From an uncultured cyanobacterium (lineage in GTDB: Bacteria > Cyanobacteriota > Cyanobacteriia > Cyanobacteriales > Cyanobacteriaceae), in assembly GCA_963749915.1 (NCBI GenBank), contig CAVVOP010000005.1, positions 256,001 to 320,000 on the forward strand: 64,000 nucleotides of DNA, read 5' to 3'. Below are positions 54,353 through 64,000 of the stretch, piece after piece. A program made the position numbers and the translations under genes. Within the stretch, counting starts at the first letter, position 1. Every line of letters begins with the position of its first letter. The notes beneath the pieces are model-generated. The model was not told where the DNA came from, ran no database searches, and saw only the letters and a list, made by a program, of their open reading frames with translations.

Positions 54353-55366
54353 CTAAAAATTGTCAATCACAATGACATTATTTTGTTTTTGAGACAAGGC
54401 AGTGTCAAGGGCACTTTCTGCCACTTCAATTAGAATACTGGGCGGTAAACCCTGACTAGGAATGCCTGTTGCAATGCCAAAACTACAACTAATATACTCA
54501 CTGAACTCAGAGTAATTATGGGGGATTTGTAAACTCTCTAAGTTCTTGTTAGCCATTTGTGCCACTGTTTCGGCACCATCTTGATCAGTATTGGGTAATA
54601 AAATTACAAATAAACCTTGAGAAAAAGTAGCAACTAAATCCCCTGGTCTTTTTACCGTTGACTGTAAAGTTTTACCAACAATATTCAGACAATTTTCAAT
54701 TAAATCCGCTTCATGATTATTTTGATAGTTGGTAAAGTCGTTAATTTGAGCCGCAATTAAAGAAATATTTGTCCCCACTAAATCTCCGAAAGATGATCTT
54801 TGACGAGCACCTCTTAACCATTCTTTTTCTAAAATATTTTCAAAGGTTTCACGTTGTGCTAATAAACTAGATTGATTTTTTTGGGCAATATTTGCTAATT
54901 CTAATTTAGATTTTTCAAGGGCTAATTTTAATTTTTGATAATGTGGAATTAACTTGTGTAATTGATTAGTTTTTTCTTCTAATGCTTCTTGCAAAGTTTT
55001 TAATTGTATTTGTACGGATATTCGGTGTAAAATTTCAGCGGAACTAAAGGGATAACTAATATAATCGGCTCCACCGGAGTTAAACATAGTTTCAGCATCA
55101 AAATAATTTTGATCTCTATTAATGAAAATAACCGGTATATTTTCGCCGATTTCTAATAATTTAATTTTTTTGCAAACTAAATAAATATCTTTATCTGTTA
55201 AAGTGGCACTCAGTAAAATAATATCAGGGCTTTCGCTATAGATTAAATCTAGTAATTGAGATTCATCATCTGTAATAATTACTCCATAATTGGCTTCATG
55301 AAGTAGCCGTAAAAAGAACTGACTTTGTTCTTCCGAATCATCTAAAATAATAATTTTTTTATTCAT
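54353..55366 (-). CDS. REC + coiled coil + degenerate GGDEF protein
   Basis: REC fold with Ser at the phosphoacceptor position (DIILLSA); GGDEF-type C-terminus with RPGD and FSQGLF in place of GGEEF. Confidence 0.85.
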   Translation of the reverse strand: MNKKIIILDDSEEQSQFFLRLLHEANYGVIITDDESQLLDLIYSESPDIILLSATLTDKDIYLVCKKIKLLEIGENIPVIFINRDQNYFDAETMFNSGGADYISYPFSSAEILHRISVQIQLKTLQEALEEKTNQLHKLIPHYQKLKLALEKSKLELANIAQKNQSSLLAQRETFENILEKEWLRGARQRSSFGDLVGTNISLIAAQINDFTNYQNNHEADLIENCLNIVGKTLQSTVKRPGDLVATFSQGLFVILLPNTDQDGAETVAQMANKNLESLQIPHNYSEFSEYISCSFGIATGIPSQGLPPSILIEVAESALDTALSQKQNNVIVIDNF

Positions 55367-55605
55367 AGCAAATACTAGATATATTTTGGAGATAAATAAC
55401 AGGTAAACATATGTCTTAAACGAGATATAAAATAAACTAATGATAAAAAAATATGGCTCTTCGAGAGTAGTTATGACAAAATAAATTAAAATATTAGGGA
55501 ATGGGAAATGATTAGCTAACTAAGAGATTAAAAACCCTCTTTTATTAAAAAAAATTTATCATACTCAAACTGGAAGAACCAAAAATATTAACTGTCAACT
55601 GTTAA

Positions 55606-56094
55606 TTATTGATGTAAATGTGCTTCTAAGAACCATAGACGTTTATCAATGGTGCGAGAAATTTCAGTATATAAATCAGAAGTATCTGCGTCTCCTAAAT
55701 CTCCAGTTTTAGCGATCGCATCCCGTAAATGATTGCCATAGGTAGCAAATCGATCAGCTAAGGCAGTAAGATGATCTATACCAGCAACAGCATCAAGGGG
55801 ATATTCAGGGATAAGGGAATTTTGAGAGGCAATGCGGGCAGTACCCAAAGGCACGCTGGCTAAGGCTGTTATTCTTTCAGCCACTAAATCTACATAGTCT
55901 TCTAATTCTCCAGCTAATTCATCAAATAACTCATGAAGCTGTAAAAAATTACTTCCTTTGACATTCCAATGAGCTTGTTTTGTTTGCGTTTTTAAATCTA
56001 ACGTCGTGGCTAAAGTCTGATTTAAAAGATTCGCAACCGACTCACGAATTTCGACACTTAAATCAAGGCGTGTATTATACAATTTCGTACCCAT
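55606..56094 (-). CDS. dps: Dps DNA-protection ferritin-like protein
   Basis: KQAHWNVKG..FLQLHELFD, D.VAERI, WFLEAH. Confidence 0.95.
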   Translation of the reverse strand: MGTKLYNTRLDLSVEIRESVANLLNQTLATTLDLKTQTKQAHWNVKGSNFLQLHELFDELAGELEDYVDLVAERITALASVPLGTARIASQNSLIPEYPLDAVAGIDHLTALADRFATYGNHLRDAIAKTGDLGDADTSDLYTEISRTIDKRLWFLEAHLHQ

Positions 56095-56415
56095 GAATAT
56101 TATTCTCCGTTAATAATTTTCTGAAAGTGATCATGTTGATCCTTTTCTATTTTACAAAGATTAATAACATTTAACGTTATAAACTTCGGCTTTTGGAAGA
56201 TTTGTAGTCTATCTAGTTATTGAACTCTTTTCCTATAAATTGCGATCGCCCGTCACAAATTTGGTAAATATTAACAATACCTCCGTCAAAAAAAGAGCAT
56301 AAAAAGTACCATTTCTCAAGATCCTCCGCACTGTCCCAATATTGAAACAATCGCTTTTTAATGAGAAATTAAAGTTTCAGGGTTATTCCAGGCAATATTT
56401 ATAGTTTTAAGCATA

Positions 56416-57171
56416 CTACCAAGGGACATTAGTGCCATCCCAACTGAAAAATTTACCATTATCATTCATAGTAACATTCTTAATTACCGATAATAATTGT
56501 TGAGTACAACGGTCAACAGAAAAAAGTTTTTCAGGAAGGACATTTTTTTGAAAAGGTGCGGATAATTGAGTATTTGTTGTACCCGGATGTAATGCTATGA
56601 CAATAGTCTTTTTACTAACTCGGCTATATTCGATAGCAATATTTTTGATGAGCATATTCAAAGCTGCTTTCGAGGCTCGATAACCATACCAACCTCCAAG
56701 TTGATTATCCTCAATACTACCCACTTTAGCAGAAATAGTGGCGAAAACACTCGATTCTTTGTGTTTAAAGAGGGGTTGCAAATGTTTACCCCATAAGGCT
56801 GTAGGGATAGTATTAACTTGAAAATAACGTAATAAATTATCGGCGTTGAGATGCTTTAAACTTTTTTCTGGCTGCAAATTATTTTCATGTAAAATCCCCA
56901 CACAGTTAATCACAAGGTGTAATTTATCCACCTGAGATTTAATGATAGTAACCCCTTGTTGAATCTCGTCTTCTAGGGTGACATCAACTTTGATGGTAAT
57001 TAATTCATGGGGATATAAAGCCTTTAAAGAGAATAAATTTTGGGCGGATTCTTCTGTGCGATAGGTAGCGAAAATACGGCCGATATTACCTTGGGAGAGC
57101 AATTCTTGCACAAAACCGTTACCAATGCCTTGACTTGCACCGATAATCAAAATATTTTTTTGAGAAAACAT
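56416..57171 (-). CDS. Short-chain dehydrogenase/reductase (CsgA/C-factor-like)
   Basis: IIGASQGIG, SAKVGSI, YGYRASKAALN, ALHPGT. Confidence 0.92.
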   Translation of the reverse strand: MFSQKNILIIGASQGIGNGFVQELLSQGNIGRIFATYRTEESAQNLFSLKALYPHELITIKVDVTLEDEIQQGVTIIKSQVDKLHLVINCVGILHENNLQPEKSLKHLNADNLLRYFQVNTIPTALWGKHLQPLFKHKESSVFATISAKVGSIEDNQLGGWYGYRASKAALNMLIKNIAIEYSRVSKKTIVIALHPGTTNTQLSAPFQKNVLPEKLFSVDRCTQQLLSVIKNVTMNDNGKFFSWDGTNVPW

Positions 57172-57273
57172 AGAATTTGAGTTCAGAGTTCGGAGATACA
57201 AGGTGGATGGGTGGTTGAATGCAGAATTAAGAATGCAGAATTAAGAATTCAGTGAGAGTATAATTGTTGATTG

Positions 57274-58572
57274 TTAATTGTTCAGCCTTCTATATTTAAT
57301 GGAATTGCCGTGAGATGGTAAACCTTCGGCGACGGTTAAGTCAATAATCGCTTGGGATACTTTTTGCAAAGCTACAGGAGTGTATTCAATTATACTTGAA
57401 TATTTCATAAAGGTTTCAACCCCTAAGGCCGAGGCATAACGGGCAGCACCTGATGTAGGTAAGGTATGATTAGGTCCGGCTAAATAGTCCCCCACGGCCT
57501 CGGGGGTAGAGTTTCCTAAAAATATAGCTCCCGCATGACGGATATGTTCTACTAATTCCCAAGGGGATTCCACTTCTAATTCTAAGTGTTCAGGTGCAAA
57601 TAAATTAGACAACTCGGCGGCTTGGGTTAAATTTCTGGTAAGAATAATTACACCATAATGGGCGATCGCCTTTTCTGTTAGAGTACGGCGGGGATGATCT
57701 TCTAGTTGTCTAACCACTTCTAACTGAACTTTTTCCGCTAAGTCACGGTTATCGGTCACTAAAATCGCCGCCGCCATGGGATCATGTTCCGCCTGTGCCA
57801 ATAAATCAACGGCTACATGAATGGAATTTGCGTGTTTATCGGCGATAATTAATACTTCACTAGGTCCCGCTAAGGAATCTATGCCTACGGTGCCATATAC
57901 TTCTTTTTTCGCTAAGGTGACATAAATATTTCCCGGACCCGTAATCACATCAACTTTCGGGATGGTATTTGTACCATAGGCTAAGGCTGCTATGGCTTGA
58001 GCACCACCAACACGGTAAATTTCTGTGACTCCGGCCTCACTTGCCGCTACCAACACCGCCGGATTAATTTTTCCGTCTTGACTGGGGGGTGTAACCATAA
58101 CAATTCTGGGTACTTGAGCGACCTTTGCTGGGATGGCGTTCATGAGTACTGTACTAGGATAAGATGCCCTCCCGCCGGGGACATATAAACCAGCCCGATC
58201 AACAGGGGTATAACGTCTTCCTAAAATTACATTATCTTCGGCAAACTGCACCCATGATTTTGGTACTCTTTGTCGGTGGAAAGCCTCAATGTTTTTCGCT
58301 GCTAGTTTGATAGCTTTTAATAAATCCCTGGAAATTTGTTGATAAGCCGCATCAATTTCTGACCCACTCACCTTCAGATTTTCTAGGGCAATCTTTTGTC
58401 CATCAAATTTATGAGTATATTCTAACAAAGCCTGATCCCCATGTTTTCTAACCGTGTCGATGATTTCTTTAACCATGGCAGATTGTGTCTCTATCTGTTC
58501 ATTGTGGGTGCGATCGCTAATGCGTTGCAATTCTTGTTTTGCTTCGAGTTGATCTGTTATTATTCGCAGCAT
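57274..58572 (-). CDS. hisD: Histidinol dehydrogenase
   Basis: GLYVPGG, GPGNIYV, AGPSEV, AQAEHD, APEHL. Confidence 0.98.
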   Translation of the reverse strand: MLRIITDQLEAKQELQRISDRTHNEQIETQSAMVKEIIDTVRKHGDQALLEYTHKFDGQKIALENLKVSGSEIDAAYQQISRDLLKAIKLAAKNIEAFHRQRVPKSWVQFAEDNVILGRRYTPVDRAGLYVPGGRASYPSTVLMNAIPAKVAQVPRIVMVTPPSQDGKINPAVLVAASEAGVTEIYRVGGAQAIAALAYGTNTIPKVDVITGPGNIYVTLAKKEVYGTVGIDSLAGPSEVLIIADKHANSIHVAVDLLAQAEHDPMAAAILVTDNRDLAEKVQLEVVRQLEDHPRRTLTEKAIAHYGVIILTRNLTQAAELSNLFAPEHLELEVESPWELVEHIRHAGAIFLGNSTPEAVGDYLAGPNHTLPTSGAARYASALGVETFMKYSSIIEYTPVALQKVSQAIIDLTVAEGLPSHGNSIKYRRLNN

Positions 58573-58708
58573 TTAGATTCTATCAAACTAAATAAACCTT
58601 AACTATTCTGTTTATCATAGCAGTTTTATTAAAAGTATTGGGAAATACCTGTTTGCTTATGTTTCCCCCTTGTTGCAATGAAACCGTTTTTTTACCCCTT
58701 CACCCATT

Positions 58709-59596
58709 TTACCCACTGTGGTGGGCATTTAAACAACACCATTCCCCCCTTTTCCCTAAAGAGGTTATGGTCCAACCGTTTTTTTCTAAAATAGTGCTTA
58801 TGTCCATGGATTGATCTAATAAAATACCGCTTAAAATCACCCAACCGCCAGGTTTAATAATTTCTGTCATGGGGGGGATCATGGTTTTAATCACTTCTGC
58901 CAAAATATTGCAGACAATACCATCAAATTTTAAGTCCGGCATTAGCTTTAATTGGTCAATACTGCCTTGAAAGATTTGTATATCATTAACGTGGTTTAAT
59001 TCGCTGTTTTCTTTAGTGGCTTTGGTGGCTAAAGGATCAATATCTGTGGCAAAGACTTGTTTTGCACCTAAGAATTTCGCACCTATGGATAAAATACCAG
59101 ATCCACAGCCAATATCAGCGATGGTTGATTCCTTGTTAGGCTGATCTAATTTGATCTCTAAAGACTCCAAACAAAGTTGAGTTGTGGCGTGAACACCCGT
59201 ACCAAAAGCAGATCCTGGATCAAGACGAAGAATGATTCGCTCAGATTCTGTGGGAGGTTCAATCCATGCAGGATAGATACAAAAGCGATCGCCTATTTCC
59301 ATCGGTTGCCAGTGATCTTTCCAACTACTAGACCAATCCTCATCGTCGAGCAGTTGCCATATAATATCAGGAATATCATAACCTTCTAAGGTAAAATCCT
59401 GTTTTAACCACAGAGAAAGAGCGGCTAAATCTACCGTTGTTTTAGTAATAGCGGGAATATAGGCTTTGATAAACCATGATGCTTTTTCTTTGGCTAATGC
59501 TGTACCTTGACAGCCAAATTCTTGTAAACGCCAAAATATAGTGTCTTCTAATTCTGGAATATGATTGATTTTTATTTCCCACCAACGAGTAGTCAT
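58709..59596 (-). CDS. prmA: Ribosomal protein L11 methyltransferase
   Basis: DEDWSSSWK, LDPGSAFGTGVHATT, DIGCGSGIL, NILA; the ORF track extends the start to 59659. Confidence 0.95.
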   Translation of the reverse strand: MTTRWWEIKINHIPELEDTIFWRLQEFGCQGTALAKEKASWFIKAYIPAITKTTVDLAALSLWLKQDFTLEGYDIPDIIWQLLDDEDWSSSWKDHWQPMEIGDRFCIYPAWIEPPTESERIILRLDPGSAFGTGVHATTQLCLESLEIKLDQPNKESTIADIGCGSGILSIGAKFLGAKQVFATDIDPLATKATKENSELNHVNDIQIFQGSIDQLKLMPDLKFDGIVCNILAEVIKTMIPPMTEIIKPGGWVILSGILLDQSMDISTILEKNGWTITSLGKRGEWCCLNAHHSG

Positions 59597-59660
59597 ATTA
59601 TCAGGATTTAGAGTATAGGGACTTTTGAGTTCGGAGTGAGGAGTGAGGACTATACTCATG

Positions 59661-61241
59661 TTAAAGGCTTACGGTATAAGCATCAGTAACTCCGGGTACC
59701 TTAATAATTTCTTCTATAATACCTTCTGGTAAGGGATCATCAATGGTTAATACCATCACAGCATCACCCCGGACGATTTTACGCCCTACTTGCATACTAG
59801 CAATATTTACATTAAAGCTACCTAACAAAGAGCCTATTTTACCGATAATGCCGGGCATATCTCTATGTAGGGTAAATAACATATAATTGTTAGGAAGCAC
59901 GTTAACGGGAAAGTCATTGATGTTTGTAATGCGAATTTCACCATCGTTAAGAAGCGCACCTCTAATAGAATGAGTGCCTTTTGTTCCTGTAGCTTCTAAA
60001 TATATGGAGTTGCTATAGTCTTTGATGCTGCAATCTCTGGAATCTATTACATGAATACCTCTTTCCTTGGCTTCGATGGCGGCATTTACATAGTTAACTC
60101 TTTCTCGTAACGCTTTCGATAGTAAACCTTTGATGGCGGCCACTACTAAGGGTTGACTGTTACTATCCGCTAAATCTCCTTGTAATTTGACATTAAAACT
60201 TTCAATACGATCCCCCGCTAATTGTCCCACTAAAGTCCCTAAAGTTTCGGCTAAGCGCATATAGGGGCGGAGTTTTTCCATCACATCAGGACTTAATCCG
60301 GGAATATTTACCGCACTACGGGCTGGCAATCCTAAGAGAACATCTCTAATTTGTTCCGCAACGTCGATCGCCACATTAACTTGGGCTTCGGCGGTGGAGG
60401 CACCTAAATGGGGGGTTAAAATAATATTACTACCCAACTCTCTTAATGGGGATTCTCCCAAAGGTTCGGAAGAAAATACATCTAAAGCCGCCCCGGCAAT
60501 TTGTCCACTGGCTAAGGCTTCATAAAGTGCATCTTCATCGATAATACCGCCACGAGAACAGTTAATGATTCTGGTGGTGGGTTTCATTTTGGCTAAAGAT
60601 TCAGCATTGATGAGGTTGGCGGTTTCTTTGGTTTTTGGTACATGAAGGGTAATATAGTCAGATTCAGAAAAAATCATCTCTAAATCCACTAATGTACAAC
60701 CTAATTGATTGGCCCTTTCTTGGGAGATAAAAGGATCATAGGCCAGAATTTTCATACCCATTGCTTTAGCAGCGGTGGCAACGTGAGAACCAATTTTTCC
60801 TAAACCCACAACCCCTAATGTTTTCTTATAAACTTCTGTACCCATAAATTTTTTGCGCTCCCATTTTTTCGCCTTCACAGATTCATTGGCATCGGGAATG
60901 TGACGAGAAAGGGATAACATCATAGCTAAAGCGTGTTCGGCGGCGGCGATCGTGTTTCCTTCGGGAGAGTTAACGACGACAATGCCTTTACGGGTAGCAC
61001 TAGGTACATCTACATTATCAACTCCAACTCCTGCACGACCAATAATTTTTAACTGAGTTGCCGCGGAGATCACTTCTTCGGTAACTTGAGTCCCAGAACG
61101 AATCATTAACGCATCGTAATCACTGATAATACCTGCTAATTCAGAAGGAGATAATCCTGTTTTTACATCTACTTGGGCGACTTGAGAAAGAATTTTTATC
61201 CCTGCCTCATCCACGGAGTCAGATACGAGAACTTTTGCCAT
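59661..61241 (-). CDS. serA: D-3-phosphoglycerate dehydrogenase
   Basis: [26 protein letters not shown]-terminal ACT domain. Confidence 0.97.
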   Translation of the reverse strand: MAKVLVSDSVDEAGIKILSQVAQVDVKTGLSPSELAGIISDYDALMIRSGTQVTEEVISAATQLKIIGRAGVGVDNVDVPSATRKGIVVVNSPEGNTIAAAEHALAMMLSLSRHIPDANESVKAKKWERKKFMGTEVYKKTLGVVGLGKIGSHVATAAKAMGMKILAYDPFISQERANQLGCTLVDLEMIFSESDYITLHVPKTKETANLINAESLAKMKPTTRIINCSRGGIIDEDALYEALASGQIAGAALDVFSSEPLGESPLRELGSNIILTPHLGASTAEAQVNVAIDVAEQIRDVLLGLPARSAVNIPGLSPDVMEKLRPYMRLAETLGTLVGQLAGDRIESFNVKLQGDLADSNSQPLVVAAIKGLLSKALRERVNYVNAAIEAKERGIHVIDSRDCSIKDYSNSIYLEATGTKGTHSIRGALLNDGEIRITNINDFPVNVLPNNYMLFTLHRDMPGIIGKIGSLLGSFNVNIASMQVGRKIVRGDAVMVLTIDDPLPEGIIEEIIKVPGVTDAYTVSL

Positions 61242-61545
61242 TTTAAAATTAACTATATGTTTTACTTTATCTTTACTTTTGCGATAATATTTGTTTAAGG
61301 GTAATACATCGCAATAGTTATCTTACCATTATTCTTGCCGTGTTTGTAAAATTGATTTTAACTGACGTGACCCAAAGGAGATTTGATATTGGAAAGGACC
61401 TTGATTCCCTTGTCCCATTAACCATGTTTTGAGAGTAGACAGGGGAATATTCAGATACCCTGAAGCATCTGTGATAGTAACTCCCATTTATGATGATGAG
61501 TTTCCCTTTTTGAGATAATTTTGAATTGTTTGGATTAACTTAAAA

Positions 61546-62184
61546 TTATCCTAAAACCACATTAGAAAAATGATATTCGGTGATCATCGGTTTTCCATTT
61601 TCTTCGGTGGTAATGCGACGGTTGGTAAGGATATAATAACCGCCGATTCTCTCGAAGGTATCATGAAAAACCGTTCTATTGCCTTTGGGTTGTTTGGTTT
61701 CAATGTCTAAGTAAGTGGCGTCATAACCTTGAGACAGATAACCTTCATCGGTATTGAGAATATCAAAGGTATTAATGGCAACCATCGAGTTACCGATTTT
61801 ACGATAGACAAAAGATACAGCATTATCTCGTACTTTATATTTATTACCTTGTCCGGCCCCACCGACAAGAATTTCCATCGCCCCATCTTCATCTTCCGTA
61901 CCAAAGGTAAAAGTATTATCCCCATGATTTTTCTCGAAGCTATGATCAACTCGGTGAATGGTTATCTCCCATAATTGGTTATTAATGGCTTTTTTGGCAG
62001 GACCGTCTTCCATACCTAACACTTGAAATTCCAAATTAGCTTTAATTTCTCCTTTGCCACTATAAGTGCCTTCATGGTTTGTTAAGGTTATGTCACAGGT
62101 GTAGCCGGGAAAATTTTGATCCCAAGTATAGCGATTTTCGTAAGCGGATCGGAAAAGTTCTTCTGCGGTAAGTGTTAGTGTCAT
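61546..62184 (-). CDS. DUF3386-like protein
   Basis: FRSAYENRYTWDQNFPGY, IHRV..FE..HG. Confidence 0.8.
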   Translation of the reverse strand: MTLTLTAEELFRSAYENRYTWDQNFPGYTCDITLTNHEGTYSGKGEIKANLEFQVLGMEDGPAKKAINNQLWEITIHRVDHSFEKNHGDNTFTFGTEDEDGAMEILVGGAGQGNKYKVRDNAVSFVYRKIGNSMVAINTFDILNTDEGYLSQGYDATYLDIETKQPKGNRTVFHDTFERIGGYYILTNRRITTEENGKPMITEYHFSNVVLG

Positions 62185-62280
62185 TTTTTGTCCTCTTATA
62201 TTTATTATTTATCAATCATTCTATACCATAATTTATGTTATAAGAAATGTATTAATAATATTCTGATTCAAGAAAGAATA

Positions 62281-63675
62281 ATGACTTCTTTATCTTCTCA
62301 ACAAGAGATTTTTCATTTATGTAACCGACTTACTTTTGGGATGAGTATGGAAGATATTGACAAAATTAATAAGATTGGTGTTAATTCTCACATCAAGGAA
62401 CAATTGAATCCTCAAAGTATTGATATAACAAATTTTTTAACTTCTGATATTAATAAATACAAAAGTTTAAAGATGAATGTTTCACAAATATTTAACAATT
62501 ATCAGGATGCATATCTTCCCAAAAATGGAAAAAAACAAAAAAACCAACTAAACAAAGAAAGAGGAAAATTTTTAAAAGATACACTAGAGTTTAAAATTTA
62601 TAAATCAATCAATAATCCCCGTCAGTTAGAAGAAATAATGACAGATTTTTGGTTTAATCATTTTAATGTTTTCATAAATAAAATGGGTGGTATTCAAATA
62701 TTTTTGATCACTAATTATGAACAAAAAGCGATACAACCTCACGCATTGGGAAAATTTAGAGATTTATTAGAAGCAACGGCTCAACATCCATCGATGTTAT
62801 ATTATCTGGATAACTGGAAAAATGTAGCGGCCAAAAAGCAAGGCAAAAAATCATCCAGAGGTTTAAATGAGAATTATGCTAGGGAATTAATGGAACTTCA
62901 TACCTTAGGAGTGAATGGTGGTTATACTCAAGATGATGTCATTAATCTGGCACGTATTTTGACAGGATGGGGCATAATGAATCCTAAGACTCCTCAAAGT
63001 GAAAATGGATTTTATTTCAATGAAAAATTACATGATTATGGAGATAAAAATTTTTTAGGTCATAAAATTAAAGGTTCAGGCATAGAGGAAGTGAATCAAG
63101 CATTGGATATTTTAGCTTATCATCCCTCTACGGCAAATCATATTAGTTATAAACTAGTGCAGTTTTTTCTTGCAGATGACCCTCCCGATAATCTTATTAA
63201 AAAATTGGCGAAGACTTTTCTCGACACTAAAGGAAATATTAAGACAGTATTAGCCAAATTATTTGACAGTGAAGAATTTTGGGATGCTAAATACTATGGC
63301 AATAAATTTAAGACACCCTATCAATATGTAATCTCAATTTTAAGAATGGCAAATATTCAAAAACCTCCCTTTAATCCCCCTATCATGACAGCATTGAGGG
63401 ATTTGCAAATGCGTCCCTACTATTGTCTCACCCCTGATGGTTATAAGAATACCCAGGACGCTTGGTTAAGTGCAGATGGGATGATGAAAAGAGTGAATTT
63501 TGCCCTTAGGGTAGGGGAAGGAAAATTAAATAATAAATCTGAAATTAATTCTAGTGAATTAGTTAAAACTTTGTCTAATTTTTTATCTGAAAAAACAATA
63601 AAAGCAATAAAAGATAGCGATAAAAAATGGCAATCTGCGTTAATTTTAGGTAGTCCAGAAATGATGTATAAATAA
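62281..63675 (+). CDS. DUF1800-family protein
   Basis: RLTFG, FWFNHFNV, MLYYLDN, NENYARELMELHTLG, KFKTP. Confidence 0.9.
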   Translation: MTSLSSQQEIFHLCNRLTFGMSMEDIDKINKIGVNSHIKEQLNPQSIDITNFLTSDINKYKSLKMNVSQIFNNYQDAYLPKNGKKQKNQLNKERGKFLKDTLEFKIYKSINNPRQLEEIMTDFWFNHFNVFINKMGGIQIFLITNYEQKAIQPHALGKFRDLLEATAQHPSMLYYLDNWKNVAAKKQGKKSSRGLNENYARELMELHTLGVNGGYTQDDVINLARILTGWGIMNPKTPQSENGFYFNEKLHDYGDKNFLGHKIKGSGIEEVNQALDILAYHPSTANHISYKLVQFFLADDPPDNLIKKLAKTFLDTKGNIKTVLAKLFDSEEFWDAKYYGNKFKTPYQYVISILRMANIQKPPFNPPIMTALRDLQMRPYYCLTPDGYKNTQDAWLSADGMMKRVNFALRVGEGKLNNKSEINSSELVKTLSNFLSEKTIKAIKDSDKKWQSALILGSPEMMYK

Positions 63676-63751
63676 TTATATTCCAGTATTATCACTAAAT
63701 ATATCTCTTAAAATCCATATTTTTTTTTAAGTTAATAACAAAGATATAAAA

Positions 63752-64000
63752 ATGAAAAGAAGAACAATTTTAAAATACATAGCTTTGTTGACCGGCGGAT
63801 TAATTATCCCCATTGGGAGTAATAGTTGGGTCAGTAAAACTGTAGGAAAAACCCGATCACAAAAAAAATTAATTGTGGTTTTTTTACGGGGTGGAATTGA
63901 TGGTTTAAATGTAGTTGTTCCCTATCAAGAAAAAGAATACTATGATAATCGCCCAACCATCGCACTTCCACAACCTGATGAAGTTAACGGAGTATTAGAT
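63752..64000 (+). CDS. DUF1501-family protein with Tat-like signal (3'-partial)
   Basis: MKRRTILKY..., LIVVFLRGGIDGLNVVVPY..YY..RPTIA; follows DUF1800. Confidence 0.88.
   Translation, partial: MKRRTILKYIALLTGGLIIPIGSNSWVSKTVGKTRSQKKLIVVFLRGGIDGLNVVVPYQEKEYYDNRPTIALPQPDEVNGVLD

Larger units (their letters stand above)
6231..59292. repeat. Dispersed HIP1 octamer GCGATCGC (about 20 copies seen)
   Basis: e.g. at 6231, 20691, 34701 and 59285; hallmark of many cyanobacterial genomes. Confidence 0.9.

Noticed and set aside
1..64000. CRISPR array
   Set aside because: No regularly spaced repeats with unique spacers were seen, and there are no cas genes.

Overview
AT-rich cyanobacterial chromosome segment, probably from a unicellular Chroococcales (Geminocystis/Cyanobacterium-like). 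Support: many HIP1 GCGATCGC octamers, apcABC, petG/petL, and rpoB directly followed by rpoC2. Most of the window is housekeeping: gltD, rpsT-tatD-rpoB-rpoC2, plsX-fabH, tRNA-Val, queA/queC, pnp, sdhB, prx-perR, rnpB, dps, hisD-prmA-serA. Four accessory elements stand out. (1) An ~8.7 kb very AT-rich minus-strand locus (982-9667) encodes a coiled-coil McrB-like GTPase, a DUF2357/McrC-like protein, a degenerate UPF1/DNA2-like helicase, a double-HxK PLD protein and a 773-aa orphan. It looks like a CoCoNuT-like McrBC defence system, apparently cut at its 5' end by IS66-type ends and carrying two single-base frameshifts. (2) A GRR triceptide RiPP cluster (grrP-grrA-grrA-grrM) has duplicated multi-motif precursors. 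(3) A GC-richer RTX/beta-helix secreted protein gene has a phased direct-repeat operator candidate upstream. (4) There are several MITE families and a solo dndE. All calls come from motif recognition by eye; no database searches were run.
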